From Balanoglossus misakiensis (taxonomy: Eukaryota > Animalia > Hemichordata): a DNA stretch of 64,000 nt. The stretch lies in contig CM082596.2 of assembly GCA_040954595.2 (NCBI GenBank), positions 8,259,124-8,323,123 of the forward strand, in the 5' to 3' direction. A program made the position numbers and the translations under genes. Shown piece by piece: positions 25,685 to 37,360 of the stretch; position 1 is the stretch's first letter, and every line of letters begins with the position of its first letter. Under the pieces are notes generated by a model, which saw nothing but the letters and a program-made list of their open reading frames with translations, searched no databases and was not told the DNA's origin.

Positions 25685-28600
25685 CAACACGATTTCAAGA
25701 GGGTTTCGAGACCCCTCTGGTCTCGAAACCCTAAAAATTGAAATGTAATGTGAGATTTCCTTCAATAAACAAACAAACAAATGATTATATGCTGATTAGA
25801 ATTAACCTGTAGAAGTCATGTTGGTATTTACCTTGTTTTGTATGTTAGCATCAGCTTTGTGTTCCAATAAGAATCTGACATGGCCTTCAACAACACCCTC
25901 TGCTGCAAAGTGCAAAGGTGTGTCTCCATTCTGTAAGTAATGAAGGAGGAGCATGAGAACAATGTCACAAAAATTGAAATGTAATGTGAGGTTTCCTTAA
26001 ACAAACAAACAAATGTTTATATGTTAATAAGAATTAACCTGTAGAAGTCATGTTGGTGTTTACCTTGTTTTGTATGTTAGCATCAGCTTTGTGTTCCAAT
26101 AACAATCTGACACGGCCTTCATCATCAGACCTTGCTGCTGCAAGGTGCAAAGGTGTGTTTCCATCCTGTAAGTAATGAAGGAGGAGCATGAGAACAATGT
26201 CACAATAATTTAAATGTAATGTGGGGTTTCCTTAAACAAACAAACAAACAAACAAACAAACAAATGTTTATATGTTGATTAGAATTAACCTGTAGAAGTC
26301 ATGGTGGAATTTACCTTGTTTTGTATGTTAGCATCAGCTTTGTGTTCCAATAACAATCTGACACGGCCTTCATCATCAGACCTTGCTGCTACAAGGTGCA
26401 AAGGTGTGTTTCCATCCTGTAAGTAATGAAGGAGGAGCATGAGAACAATGTCACAATAATTTAAATGTAATGTGGGGTTTCCTTAGACAAACAAACAAAC
26501 AAACAAACAAATGTTTATATGTTGATTAGAATTAACCTGTAGAAGTCATGGTGGAATTTACCTTGTTTTGTATGTTAGCATCAGCTTTGTGTTCCAATAA
26601 CAATCTGACACGGCCTTCATCACCATACCTTGCTGCAGAGTGCAAAGGTGTGTCTCCATCCTGTAAGTAATGAAGGTGGAGCATGAGAATAATGTCACAA
26701 TAACTGAAATGTAATAAGTGGTTTCCTTCAACAAACAAACAAACAAACAAACAAATGTTAAGTTGTTAATTAAGAATTAACCTGTAGAAGTCATGGTGGA
26801 ATTTACCTTGTTTTGTATGTTAGCATCAGCTTTGTGTTCCAATAACACTCTGACACGGCCTTCATCACCAAACTTTCCTGCTGCAGAGTGCAAAGGTGTG
26901 TCTCCATTCTGTAAGTAATGAAGGAGGAACATGAGAATAATGTCACAAAAATTGAAATGAAATGTGAGATTTCCTTAAACAAACAAACAAACAAACAAAC
27001 AAATGTTTATAATTGTGTTGAGTAGCAATAACCTGTTGAAGTCATGGTGGAATTTACCTTGTTTTGTATATTAGCATCAGCTTTGTGTTCCAATAACAAT
27101 CTGACACGGCCTTTATCAACATACTTTGCTGCATAGTGCAAAGGTGCGTCTCCATCCTGTAAGTAATGAAGGAGGAGCATGAGAACAATGTCACATAAAT
27201 TGAAATGAAATGTGAGGTTTCCTCAAACAAACAAAGAAACAGATAAATGTGTAGTTGTTAATTAGAATTAACCTGTAGAAGTCACGGTGGAATTTACCAT
27301 GTTTTGTATGTTAGTTTTTTTTAATTGTTATTTATATATGCATAAATAATATAATAAAACTCTTAATTGTATCCATAGTGGCCATTCACCCAAAAGAAAT
27401 AACTATTTGCACACTCTTTGCAGCAAGAGAAAACATTTGATTGTGTGCACGGTTTAAATGACACTCTATAAAAGAAATGTTTTATGACATCCATGACTGC
27501 AGTCCATGAAAGATTCATCCACTGTGGTCATGAAGTCGACTACATGTGTAGCCACTTTCATTACCCCTTTAAATGAAGTAATAAGTCAGTTCATGTACCC
27601 TATTCTTAGCATTGACGTCTGCACGATGGCTTATCAACACCCTGACAGCATCCAATCCACCTTCCCAGGACGCTGCATGCAATGCTGTGAAACCATCCTG
27701 AAATGAAGACGTTTAAAGTTGGAATAAAAATGAAAATGACATCATCGTTCAATTTGATACTTTGCATGTGTGTCAACTGCTTACTTTTTCTCGAAGAATT
27801 CAAAAAATGTCATCACTGTGAGCTTCAGTGCACAGCTATTATTATAATAAATGTACTTGAAACCCGATGGATAATAATGGTAATTTTTTCTGAGGTGTAG
27901 TGGTTATTCACTATTACTGAAATACATGTATGACAAAGAATGATTGAACTGACAATTTTTTTCCTTTTGAGAACTGATTTCAGTAACAAAGATGTCTCTT
28001 GCATGCCATATTACCAGGTAATGTACTTATCATGCCTGTTATCAGTACAGGGACTAGCTGTCACACCAGGTACTGGGAATATTGGGACAGGATGGAAGAC
28101 CACAAATTTGATAAGAGCTAGTAGCTTCATTTTCTATTTGAGTAACTCGAACCATTCACATGTGATAAATATTTCAAGTGAAACTGTTTTGAAATGAGCT
28201 ATAAAATGACACAGGGGAATTGTCACAAAACTAGCAATGTGAGATTTGAAATCCAGATGCAGGGCATTAAGCTGCTAGCTGTTAAATTGGTCCATCTAAA
28301 TAAGCTTACTGATAGGTATATACATGAACACCTTATCGATGCCCAATTGAGACTGCATGTCGCAATTTGAACATGCTATGTATTAAAACGGTGCCGCACC
28401 CATTTAATCAGCCTCCATACAATCAGTACACAGCCATCCTGGTATGCGTCGCCAAGAGATGACAAAATGATGCAAATGCAAGTAATATGGCTTATAAATG
28501 GTGAGGATTTTAGACGATAGGGAATATATTTGAAGAATTTACCGTGGAAAAAAATATGCGAAATTTTGCAGCTATAGGGGCTTTAAAGCTTCATGTTTTT

Positions 28601-31204
28601 AAAATAGCAGACTAACTTTGCAAATTTTCAGTACAATCGTGAGTTTAACAAATGTATTTCCTATCACAATTAAGTAATGCTAAAATGGAAATTATATTAT
28701 ATCATGCTACCGTCCGCAATTCTGATTGGACGAGAGCGATGGTAACATACTGTTTTACCACTGCCGGCAGAGGTTAACAGGCCCCTGAACTAGCATGCAG
28801 CAGGGAAAATGTGCGATTAAACCACAGCCAAATAAATAACATAAAAACACTTGAATTTACACTTACTACACTAAACACTAAATAAAACACTTGAATGTTT
28901 TATTTTGGAACTGCTCTGCTATGAATATTTTGCACTTTTGTCACTTTTTGTCACCTGCTTCATGTTTAATGCTCGATCCCGGGCCACTCTGTTTACATTC
29001 ATCGTCGCCATGTTGGTTCACGATCGTAATTTCTCTTTCTGACGCCGTTTCGGTAAGATAATGATATGTCACAAAAACAATAGTTGATATAATTATATAA
29101 TAGCAATAACCCCCGCCTCAGTCGGGTATACACTCGATTTGGGTACAATTCGCTCCATATAGCACTCGCCTAACGGCTCGTGCTATATGTCTCGAATTGT
29201 ACCCAAATCTCGTGTATACCCGCCTGCGGTACTGGTAGGGGTTATTGCTTAATTATATTATACCAGTATATTGATGGTGTAAATCACGCTATTTTATTGG
29301 TCAAGACACGACAGGTGACTGTGATATATTCGTCACATACCACAGTCATATATCACGCAAAACTCATAGTCAAAGAAAATGCCTATTTAAAATGTTTTAT
29401 GCAAAGTTTCAATATACTGGTATAATATAATAGCAATAAAACACCCCCAGCCATGGTATACCACGAGATTTTGACCAGTTCAACTTCATATATGCACGAG
29501 CGATAGCGAGTGCGTATATGTTGTGAACTGGTCAAAATCTCGTGGTATACCATGATGGCTGGGGTGTTTTATGCTTAATTATAATTCTGATATTATAATT
29601 CCAATTCTGTGCTGTTTCACAAATGGTTATCCTTTTGTTATAAAATTTGTTACTATGTGATGACTTATATGAAACACTTACCCAGCCATCGTATACACCC
29701 CTTGCATTGACATCATGTCCATGAGCTATTAGCGACTGAATCGTTTCAATGTCACCATCCCTTGCGGCATTGATGAGAAGCTGTAACATTCAATAAGCAA
29801 AACTAGTCATTTTTGTAATATTCTCCAAATGCAATCATAAACAGAAACAACGTAATAGGAAAAGAAGAATTATGAAGATAAACCGTCAGTGTGGATAAAA
29901 TGATGACATCATATAAATTAAGTGTTGAAGTTTATTGCCAGTCTGTCCATTTATATTTTTCACAATGTGACACACTCTACAACTTCATGTAAGCGTAAAA
30001 ACTGCATCCACCTAATGCTTCAGTCCACCGGAATCATGAATATAATTTCAGTTGACTGCAGACATTATTCTGAAACACCAGTTACAATTAAATCAGTGTT
30101 TTATCTAGATGGGGGGATTCAGCCCCTGTTGAAATGTTGGCACCCCCTAGTAATTTGTCAAGGGGGGACCAGTGCCCCTAAAAATGACGTCATTCACATG
30201 TTAGAGATATTACTAGTATATTCCCCCATTGCCAGAGTGGAATCCCCCCAACAAATTCTGGCAAAGGGGGAATTACCCCCCCCCCCCCCTGTTGAGGCTA
30301 GTTATACTTTGCGAAACAACGAAACAGCGAAACGACGAAACCATTATTAAAATAGGGGCCAGTCATCAAGACGGTGGCGTATGATTTTTTTTAAAGTTTC
30401 CAAATTAAAACGTAAGCGAGCCAAGAAAACTACAGGTCAGATAAATTGTTTTCTCGGAAATTCAACATTAGAATTTGGCGTTGGAAACAAACGGCGGGTC
30501 GCCAGTTCCTGGTCTGCGGCCTGGTACTATGTAGTGGTAGAGTCGACGTCGTGTGCGCGCAAACGATTCATGCCAAACTGCTACATATACACAGTGAATA
30601 TACGCGCACGCACAACGAAACCACAACAGATCGAAACCTCAAAATGCGGCAGCAACTGACACTATTTCCTTAAATACCACAAGGCGGGGAGGCATGAATT
30701 GCAATTAAGATAATAAAGAAATTTCGACAATGGTACTGTGTTGTGTGAGTTACATGTGTTTCTATATATAACTACTACTCTTACCCCCCATCAGTGTTTG
30801 ACCCTCGAAAGCTTACGGACACCACTGCTTTGTTTCAACTAATCCTTAGCCCTGTGAATATACTCGTACATTGACCTTTTGGGGCGGGATTCTTTTTTGG
30901 CGCGCAACCACTAGTACCAGGCCGCAGACCAGGAACTTATTTGGAAACTTTTAAAATAATAATACGCCACCGTCTTGATGACTGGCCCCTATTTTAACAA
31001 TGGTTTCGTCGTTTCGCTGTTTCGTTTCGCTGTTTCGTTGTTTCGCAAAGTATAACTAGCCCCTGTTGATGCCATCCTGGATGAAACACTGTTTAATGTT
31101 TTCATCTTGATCAAACAGACCATATTTTCACTGGTGCAAGCAGCTGAACGCAACTTAGTTCAAAGGTCACTTACCCGTGGGTATTTATATTCCTGGGAAG
31201 CCAT
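14072..31204 (-). CDS. ROCO protein copy A: ankyrin repeats-ROC GTPase-COR-death domain (DAPK1-like, no kinase domain), ~1307 aa, 19 coding exons
   Basis: Exons with GT/AG and consistent phases: 31175-31204 (MASQEYKYPR), 29682-29780, 27599-27697, eight ankyrin cassettes (27058-27156, 26807-26908, 26562-26660, 26315-26416, 26064-26165, 25832-25930, 23377-23475, 23137-23235), 22689-22802, 21525-21593, 21229-21348 (P-loop GDGGVGKT), 20786-21025 (TPGID, WDFAGQxEYYVTH), 20427-20571 (VILVASRAD), 16986-17137, 16472-16657 (YLHDIGE), 14072-15940 (VVLDPNWLC COR, then death-domain-like C-terminus). Confidence 0.85.
17345..20380. mobile_element. Intronic stack of hairpin-bearing non-autonomous elements (possibly Crypton-derived), including a tandem dimer
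   Basis: Long imperfect palindromes at ~17731-17918 and ~19902-20048, and a direct repeat starting at ~18835 and ~20043. The equivalent intron in copy B is only ~244 bp (41348-41591). Confidence 0.5.
18928..19676. mobile_element. MITE with GGGACCGTTCAGTTTTTACGG TIRs and poly-G tracts (PIF/Harbinger-like)
   Basis: TIRs GGGACCGTTCAGTTTTTACGGC / GCCGTAAAAACTGAACGGTCCC with ttt/tta flanks. It is absent from the second copy of the host repeat (~20135). Confidence 0.7.
21657..21970. mobile_element. Interspersed repeat, same family as 45625-46010
   Basis: Shared sequence TATTACCATGGCCTGTGC...TTAATTGGTCGAGATGAACGACGTCACTGACCAC... lies in different introns of copies A and B, implying independent insertions. 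Confidence 0.6.
23137..27320 (-). repeat. Tandem array of 8 single-ankyrin-repeat exon+intron cassettes (~232-251 bp), plus a truncated remnant near 27296-27315
   Basis: Each exon encodes [D/N]G[N/D]xPLHxxAxx(x)xxxGxVRxLLEHKADANIQNK and is phase 0-0. Introns are near-identical and carry a variable (AAAC)n tract. Confidence 0.9.
23517..25732 (-). mobile_element. Complete non-autonomous Helentron-like element (HINE with ~6 central ~236-bp repeats) inserted in an ankyrin-cassette intron
   Basis: It interrupts the conserved intron motif cacaaaaattgaaatg within the A/T run and has no TSD. It carries the 5' hairpin AGGGTTTCGAGAC..GTCTCGAAACCCT, (TTA)n, a 3' subTIR GTCTCGAAACCC and a GCTG-TTCA-CAGC palindrome. 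Its central repeats are homologous to those in 1-12467. Confidence 0.85.
28695..29580. mobile_element. Two adjacent non-autonomous elements ending in long palindromes (Crypton-like structure)
   Basis: Palindromes at ~29100-29251 (AGCAATAAC..CTCGCCTAACGGCTCG..GTTATTGCT) and ~29430-29578. The block is absent at the paralogous position (ggaaattat|aattctga, ~46340). Confidence 0.55.
30296..31061. mobile_element. Non-autonomous TIR DNA transposon with 8-bp TSD (Merlin- or MULE-like)
   Basis: Long TIRs start GGCTAGTTATACTTTGCGAAACAACGAAACAGCG. The TSD CCTGTTGA is on both sides, and the paralogous empty site has a single cctgttga at ~47455. Confidence 0.85.
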
Positions 31205-32274
31205 GGTTTATGTCACTGACATTGTGCTGGAATACATAAACAAATAATTGAGACCAACAACCGTTAGCCAATGCTCATAGTTCTATGGTGTCATCGGGAT
31301 GTAGACTGCATGCATGGATCACGTCTGTAAAAAGTCAATAATTAAATTCAGCATCTACCGGTAGTTGTCAAGATCATGATGTCACACGAATTTGTCCCAG
31401 AACTTCTTTCAATTTTGCAGGAACTCCAAGTTTTACACAGCTATATATACACCAAATGTAGACTTTTAAACTAAATAGAATGTCTACACTCACTGATGGT
31501 CAAGTAAAAAAATACCTATGAAGGACGCTATCCCACACCTTTATTAACACATAAAATCACATCAGCACCCACCCCTGGAGCCCTACTTGTCAGAGAGGAC
31601 AGGTACATGTTCCACTTTGGCAATATCCTGATCGTACCATCGCCTCCTGGTATCTTCCAAATGCAGTGACTTCAAAGTTAAGCAATTAAGATATATTGTA
31701 CGAACAAGTTGGTTTTTTGGACCAAAGCCACGAATGTGATTAATACAGGTGTTAAATGTCACAACGTAGCCACACTGTACCCAAAACTACTTAAACTTTA
31801 AGTATTAAAAGACAGCTTGCATATTAACTCAGAAGTCATCGCAAAACAACATTGTTGATATTTTAAACAGTAACTGGCACAAAGTTACACTGAAGTAGGA
31901 GGGACCTGTTTAATAACTTTGAAGTTTTGTGTAGCTAGGATTTTATCTGTTAGGTGGTACCACGAAGCGACGATCGCGGTACAGTCAGGGTATTGTCGCC
32001 AATTCAAGTGGAACATTTTGCTGCCAAGCACAAGATGAGGTTGGAGTTATGCATGTATATGAGGCTGACAGTTTGTTTACAGAAAATAAAATACTGACTG
32101 GATTTCAAGTCAAAAACATCAAGGCAAATGAAACTACAAATTAATTACATGTAATGATTCTCGTTTCCATTATAAGGTTTGATATGGGCAAGTTTCCATT
32201 AAGGCTTGTTACTTACGGGAACGGACATTCTAAAATGTGACAACTACATGTATTGAGTTTCAGTGCCATGTATA

Positions 32275-32463
32275 CTGTAGAACAGGTTATGTTAGCGAGC
32301 AATAAATTTTCGCGAAATACGCGAGAGCCAAAAGAACGTGAAAATAAAAAGTTGCATAATTTTTTTTCCAGCGATACTGATGCAGTGAAATACGAGAACA
32401 CGAAAATTACTCCCCGCATAACAGTTGCCTCTTCTGAGATCGCAAAAATAACCTGTTTTACAG
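32275..32463. mobile_element. TA-flanked MITE (Tc1/pogo-like), related to 53190-53398 and 62098-62306
   Basis: TA-CTGTAgAACAGGTTAT...ATAACCTGTTTTACAG-TA with the shared core gcgagcaataaattttcgcgaaatacgcgagagccaaaa. Confidence 0.7.
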
Positions 32464-32742
32464 TATATCGATTTGCATGCAAAGAAACTTTAAATGTATT
32501 AATTGCGTGCATGTACAAGTAAAAATTAAATAAACTAGCACGAACCCTGTGCATACATTGTGTCGATCAATTGCATTTTCCATTCAATTTTTTGGGGTTT
32601 CTGTTCTGTTTCATAATTCCTGCCATAAAGTACATTAAAAGCATTAGCAAAACTTTCCCTTGGCACTGAGTGATATTTCCATATGGCGGCTTAATTCCTG
32701 TTTCTCATGTTAACACAAGACAGCTGTTATAAAATGTACTCA

Positions 32743-33140
32743 CCATAAAGTGTCTTGGTGGCAGACTTGGTACTTGCAAAAACGACTTCAAGTTGGAACT
32801 AACGTTTAGACACGAAGGCAGCAACTCTTATATTGGCTGATTCTTCAGATGGCTGTACTTATTGGTAGATCAAGAAAATCGTATGATAAGCACCAACCAA
32901 TCAGTGGCCTCTTGGTATCACACAGATCTGGGGAATTAAGCAAAAAAATTTAGAAGCGATGTTTTTTTTGGACCAAAGCCACAGTTTTTGATAAATGCAT
33001 ATCCCTGCTACGTGCCCTTGGACCACATACCAATCAGGTGGTGTCCAAACTGATCAAAGCTCACGTGGACATGCCTAAAAGTCGTGCAAGAGACAAATGG
33101 GGATTAAAAGTCAACACAAGGTGAATGGAATTTCCCCAGA
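32743..33140 (-). promoter_or_regulatory. Putative first exon and promoter of ROCO copy A (CCAAT boxes, kappaB-like site)
   Basis: A GTGAGT donor at ~32742 is conserved in copy B (~48440). CCAAT/ATTGG boxes lie near 32833, 32861 and 32897. GGAATTTCCCC is at 33127-33137. Confidence 0.35.
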
Positions 33141-33154
33141 CTGTGCTCCCTCCC

Positions 33155-33289
33155 TAGCCTGGCCCCAGACCAGTGTGTTTTAGATATATAGAAATTCTAT
33201 CTATCTAAAAACACACTGGTCTGGGGCCAGGCTGGCATACCCTCATCCCCCCAGAAATCAAAATGTCTGGTATGTCTGGGGCCAGGCTA
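33155..33289. mobile_element. Small TAG...CTA-ended inverted-repeat element (Academ-like MITE) with an internal palindrome
   Basis: TAGCCTGGCCCCAGAC ... GTCTGGGGCCAGGCTA, with an additional inverted copy at ~33219-33233. Confidence 0.5.
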
Positions 33290-33905
33290 CTCCCTCCCCC
33301 ATGCCCCAGTAGATTCCATGGACAATCAGTTCATATTCTTTGCAACCAAAAACTTCTAAACTTTAAAATGCAGTTGTTTATCAGGCAAGACTGAAGATAG
33401 CACCTTTACATATTGACACAAATTTCCCAGAAAAGATTTGTATTTTTGGAAAGTTATTAAGAAAACTTAAAATTATACGGTCACTTATGTAAATTTAGCC
33501 ACAGTTATCATGGAAAGTGGAGAGACTTATAGCCAATCAATTTTCAGTGGGTGGCCATACAAAACAATAGCTGCACCAGGTTTTTCAGAGAACTCAGACA
33601 TGCTGTTTTAGCCATATCTATATAGGGCACATGTTAATTAGAGGTGACTGTATACCTTTATAATAAGGGGAGAACTATTTGATTTCTGGGGGGATGAGGG
33701 TATGTCAGCTATTTTTTGATACCCAATGTTACCGCAATTATTTTCTATTGCCAGCCCTACTTTGTTTTTCTCAAGGCACTGCAGTAGAATATTGTTCCGC
33801 CACCCCCCCCCCCCCCAAAATCAACTGGTCAACCCCTAACCTATAGCGCCACCAACGTTTACATAGTCACTCCTACATAAATGACTGTTCATCACGCAAT
33901 TGGTG

Positions 33906-34215
33906 TAGTCTCGGTTACCCAGACCCCTCTGCTTCTTCCGTTGGGCACTCCAGAAAGAGTAAACATAAAAAAAACATGCTGAGAAGTGCTGGACCTGCTG
34001 AAACTGTCCACGAATTGAAAAGAGAGAGAGAGAGAACTTTGGCAAATAGTTTTCTAATATCGTCATATCATAATATCAAATGTTATTAATGTCGACCATC
34101 ATGCATCGCTTTTGTCTCAGAGATTTGCCCGGAGATTTGTCTATGGTGTTTCCCCAGACCCTCTTTCTGGAATGCCCAACGGAAGAAGCAGGGGGGGTCT
34201 GGGTAACCGAGACTA
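33906..34215. mobile_element. MITE with ~55-bp TIRs TAGTCTCGGTTACCCAGAC (Academ-like termini)
   Basis: Inverted repeats at 33906-33959 and ~34161-34215. The right half recurs at ~12527-12657, where the HINE stack has inserted into it. Confidence 0.65.
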
Positions 34216-35619
34216 ATACTTCCAGTGCATTGGGAATCACATCATCTCCACCATCTTTCCAGCCATTCCCTGTAAAACTTGATTTTTCCAACACTGGCTC
34301 CGGCTCAGACATGGAAGTACGCGATAACGGGATCATACACAACTCTGCAGTCAGTATGGGCAAGTGGTTCCCCCAAGATTGGACATACTAGCCGAGATGA
34401 GAGTAACAAAGCTGAACTTGAACCCTTCGACCCCCAGTTCCCTCTTTAGAGTTCCAACCTCACCATAGCAAACAATGGGTTTGGACTGAACCATTGTGGT
34501 GAAAGGGTGACGAGACAAACCGTTGACATCAGTGACATACCAGTACTCATTATAGAAAACTGACTCTTCTTTTGCACCAATAAACACTTCTTCAAACCTA
34601 AAGGAAATGTCATAAAACATCAGGACAGTCAATTAACTTATTAAAAAAACATCCATTTGACTTTGTATCATAAACGGACAATAACTCCAGTTTTCTAGTG
34701 GTGTTGTGATGTGGTAAAGATTTTCAGCATGTTCATATGATTCTATGGGCAGTTTCCAATGAAAATATTTGAAAATACTTGAAAATTTATGAATTTTAAT
34801 GCAAGGCAGGTATTTTGAATTTCCCCATGAATCTATCCAGACAACTCAAATATGAATGTGTACAACAAACACATAAATGAACATTTGGACACACCAGGCA
34901 AATTTCAATAAAACCTTCATCCTATTAAAGAGCATCAATTGTACATATTATTTGATAAAAGTAAAATGCATTTTTTTTAAATCTAACTACACTATTGTAC
35001 TAGCGCAAAATGCCTAGGAAAGAAATACCATTCTACCAATCAATATTATTCTACTCTCAGGTAACTTTTCCTTTCGAAGTCTCTCGTTCAAATGAGTGAT
35101 TTTCTGGGTATTATAAAATGAGAAAAGATATTAATTTTCTGATTTGTTTGACAAGGATTTAACTCCAAGTAAAGTTATTCATGTTAACTTTATGAATGAT
35201 TGGTGTCCATGTCCATGCGTTGCGTCTATTGACATCCTGTGAATAGACAAATTCTTAAAATTCTGATATTCATTTCACACACATGGTTTTGGGTTTAAGT
35301 GGGTGGAATTCGACACAAATGAATTCCGGTTTTGACATATTTTTCTGTCATTTTTCAGCACAAGTTCTGCATTCAGTCTATCTGCGTTCTTCCAATGTCT
35401 CGAACATCTGTTCAATCAATCTGACCATGTCGTCTCTTCCCATGGTGCTGAATATTGCCAACAGATTCTCGAAGTTGCTTTCGAAGACAGGTTCCGTTAC
35501 ATGTGGATACTTCTGTTTTGTTGTTTTCTGGGCCCTTGAAACTTGTGAGGATAAGGATGTGTGTAGATCTGCAAGACAATCTTCGGTGGGAATTGTGTCA
35601 TATGAGATGGCACTGGCAC

Positions 35620-37358
35620 CTGCAGCTGTAGTGGTGTCTTTTCCTCGTTGGAATTGGACGCTTGAGTCTGGTGGTTGTGATGACGGTGACATCGTTGCAA
35701 AACCACTATCAACATTTTGTGTGTCATGAGAAGTGGTCGGGAATTCTGCAGCTGTAGTGGTGTCTTTTCCTCGTTGGAATTGGACGCTTGAGTCTGGTTG
35801 TTGTGATGACGGTGACATTGTTGCAATACCACTATCAACATTTTGTGTGTCATGAGAAGTGGTCGGGAATTCTGCAGCTGTAGTGGTGTCTTGTCCTCGT
35901 TGGAATTGGACGCTTGAGTCTGGTTGTTGTGATGACGGTGACATTGTTGCAATACCACTATCAACATTTTGTGTGTCATGAGAAGTGGTCGGGAATTCTG
36001 CAGCTGTAGTGGTCTCTTGTCCTCGTTGGAATTGGACGCTTGAGTCTGGTTGTTGTGATGACGGTGACATTGTTGCAATACCACTATCAACATTTTGTGT
36101 GTCATGAGAAGTGGTCGGGAATTCTGCAGCTGTAGTGGTGTCTTGTCCTCGTTGGAATTGGACGCTTGAGTCTGGTTGTTGTGATGACGGTGACATTGTT
36201 GCAATACCACTATCAACATTTTGTGTGTCATGAGAAGTGGTCGGGAATTCTGCAGCTGTAGTGGTCTCTTGTCCTCGTTGGAATTGGACGCTTGAGTCTG
36301 GTTGTTGTGATGACGGTGACATTGTTGCAATACCACTATCAACATTTTGTGTGTCATGAGAAGTGGTCGGGAATTCTGCAGCTGTAGTGGTCTCTTGTCC
36401 TCGTTGGAATTGGACGCTTGAGTCTGGTTGTTGTGATGACGGTGACATTGTTGCAATACCACTATCAACATTTTGTGTGTCATGAGAAGTGGTCGGGAAT
36501 TCTGCAGCTGTAGTGGTGTCTTGTCCTCGTCGGAATTGGACGCTTGAGTCTGGTTGTTGTGATGACGGTGACATTGTTGCAATACCACTATCAACATTTT
36601 GTGTGTCATGAGAAGTGGTCGGGAATTCTGCAGCTGTAGTGGTGTCTTGTCCTCGTCGGAATTGGACGCTTGAGTCTGGTTGTTGTGATGACGGTGACAT
36701 TGTTGCAATACCACTATCAACATTTTGTGTGTCATGAGAAGTGGTCGGGAATTCTGCAGCTGTAGTGGTGTCTTGTCCTCGTCGGAATTGGACGCTTGAG
36801 TCTGGTTGTTGTGATGACGGTGACATTGTTGCAAAACCACTATCAACATTTTGTGTGTCATGAGAAGTGGTCGGGAATTCTGCAGCTGTAGTGGTGTCTT
36901 GTCCTCGTCGGAATTGGACGCTTGAGTCTGGTTGTTGTGATGACGGTGACATTGTTGCAAAACCACAATCAACATTTTGTGTGTCATGAGAAGTGGTCGG
37001 GAATTCTGCAGCTGTAGTGGTCTCTTGTCCTCGTTGGAATTGGACGCTTGAGTCTGGTTGTTGTGATGACGGTGACATTGTTGCAATACCACTATCAACA
37101 TTTTGTGTGTCATGAGAAGTGGTCGGGAATTCTGCAGCTGTAGTGGTCTCTTGTCCTCGTTGGAATTGGACGCTTGAGTCTGGTTGTTGTGATGACGGTG
37201 ACATTGTTGCAATACCACTGTCAACATTTTGTGTGTCATGAGAAGTGGTCGGGAATTCTGCAGCTGTAGTGGTCTCTTGTCCTCGTTGGAATTGGACGCT
37301 TGAGTCTGGTTGTTGTGATGACGGTGACATTGTTGCAATACCACTGTCAACATTATGT
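35620..37358 (-). repeat. Coding tandem repeat, 126-bp unit x ~14 (42 aa: MSPSSQQPDSSVQFQRGQETTTAAEFPTTSHDTQNVDSGIAT)
   Basis: Near-identical units are visible in the DNA and in ORF 35378..37330. About 3 diverged copies lie in copy A (~14320-14850). Confidence 0.95.
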
Positions 37359-37360
37359 AT

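Noticed and set aside
23133-26994. ORFs beginning MFVCLFKEISHY.. and continuing METHLC..
   Set aside because: These are intron read-through in the wrong frame of the ankyrin cassettes. The true exons are defined by AG/GT and the TPLH frame.
14072-31204. Assigning the symbol DAPK1
   Set aside because: No kinase or calmodulin-regulatory exons were found. It is more likely a lineage-specific ROCO paralogue than the orthologue.
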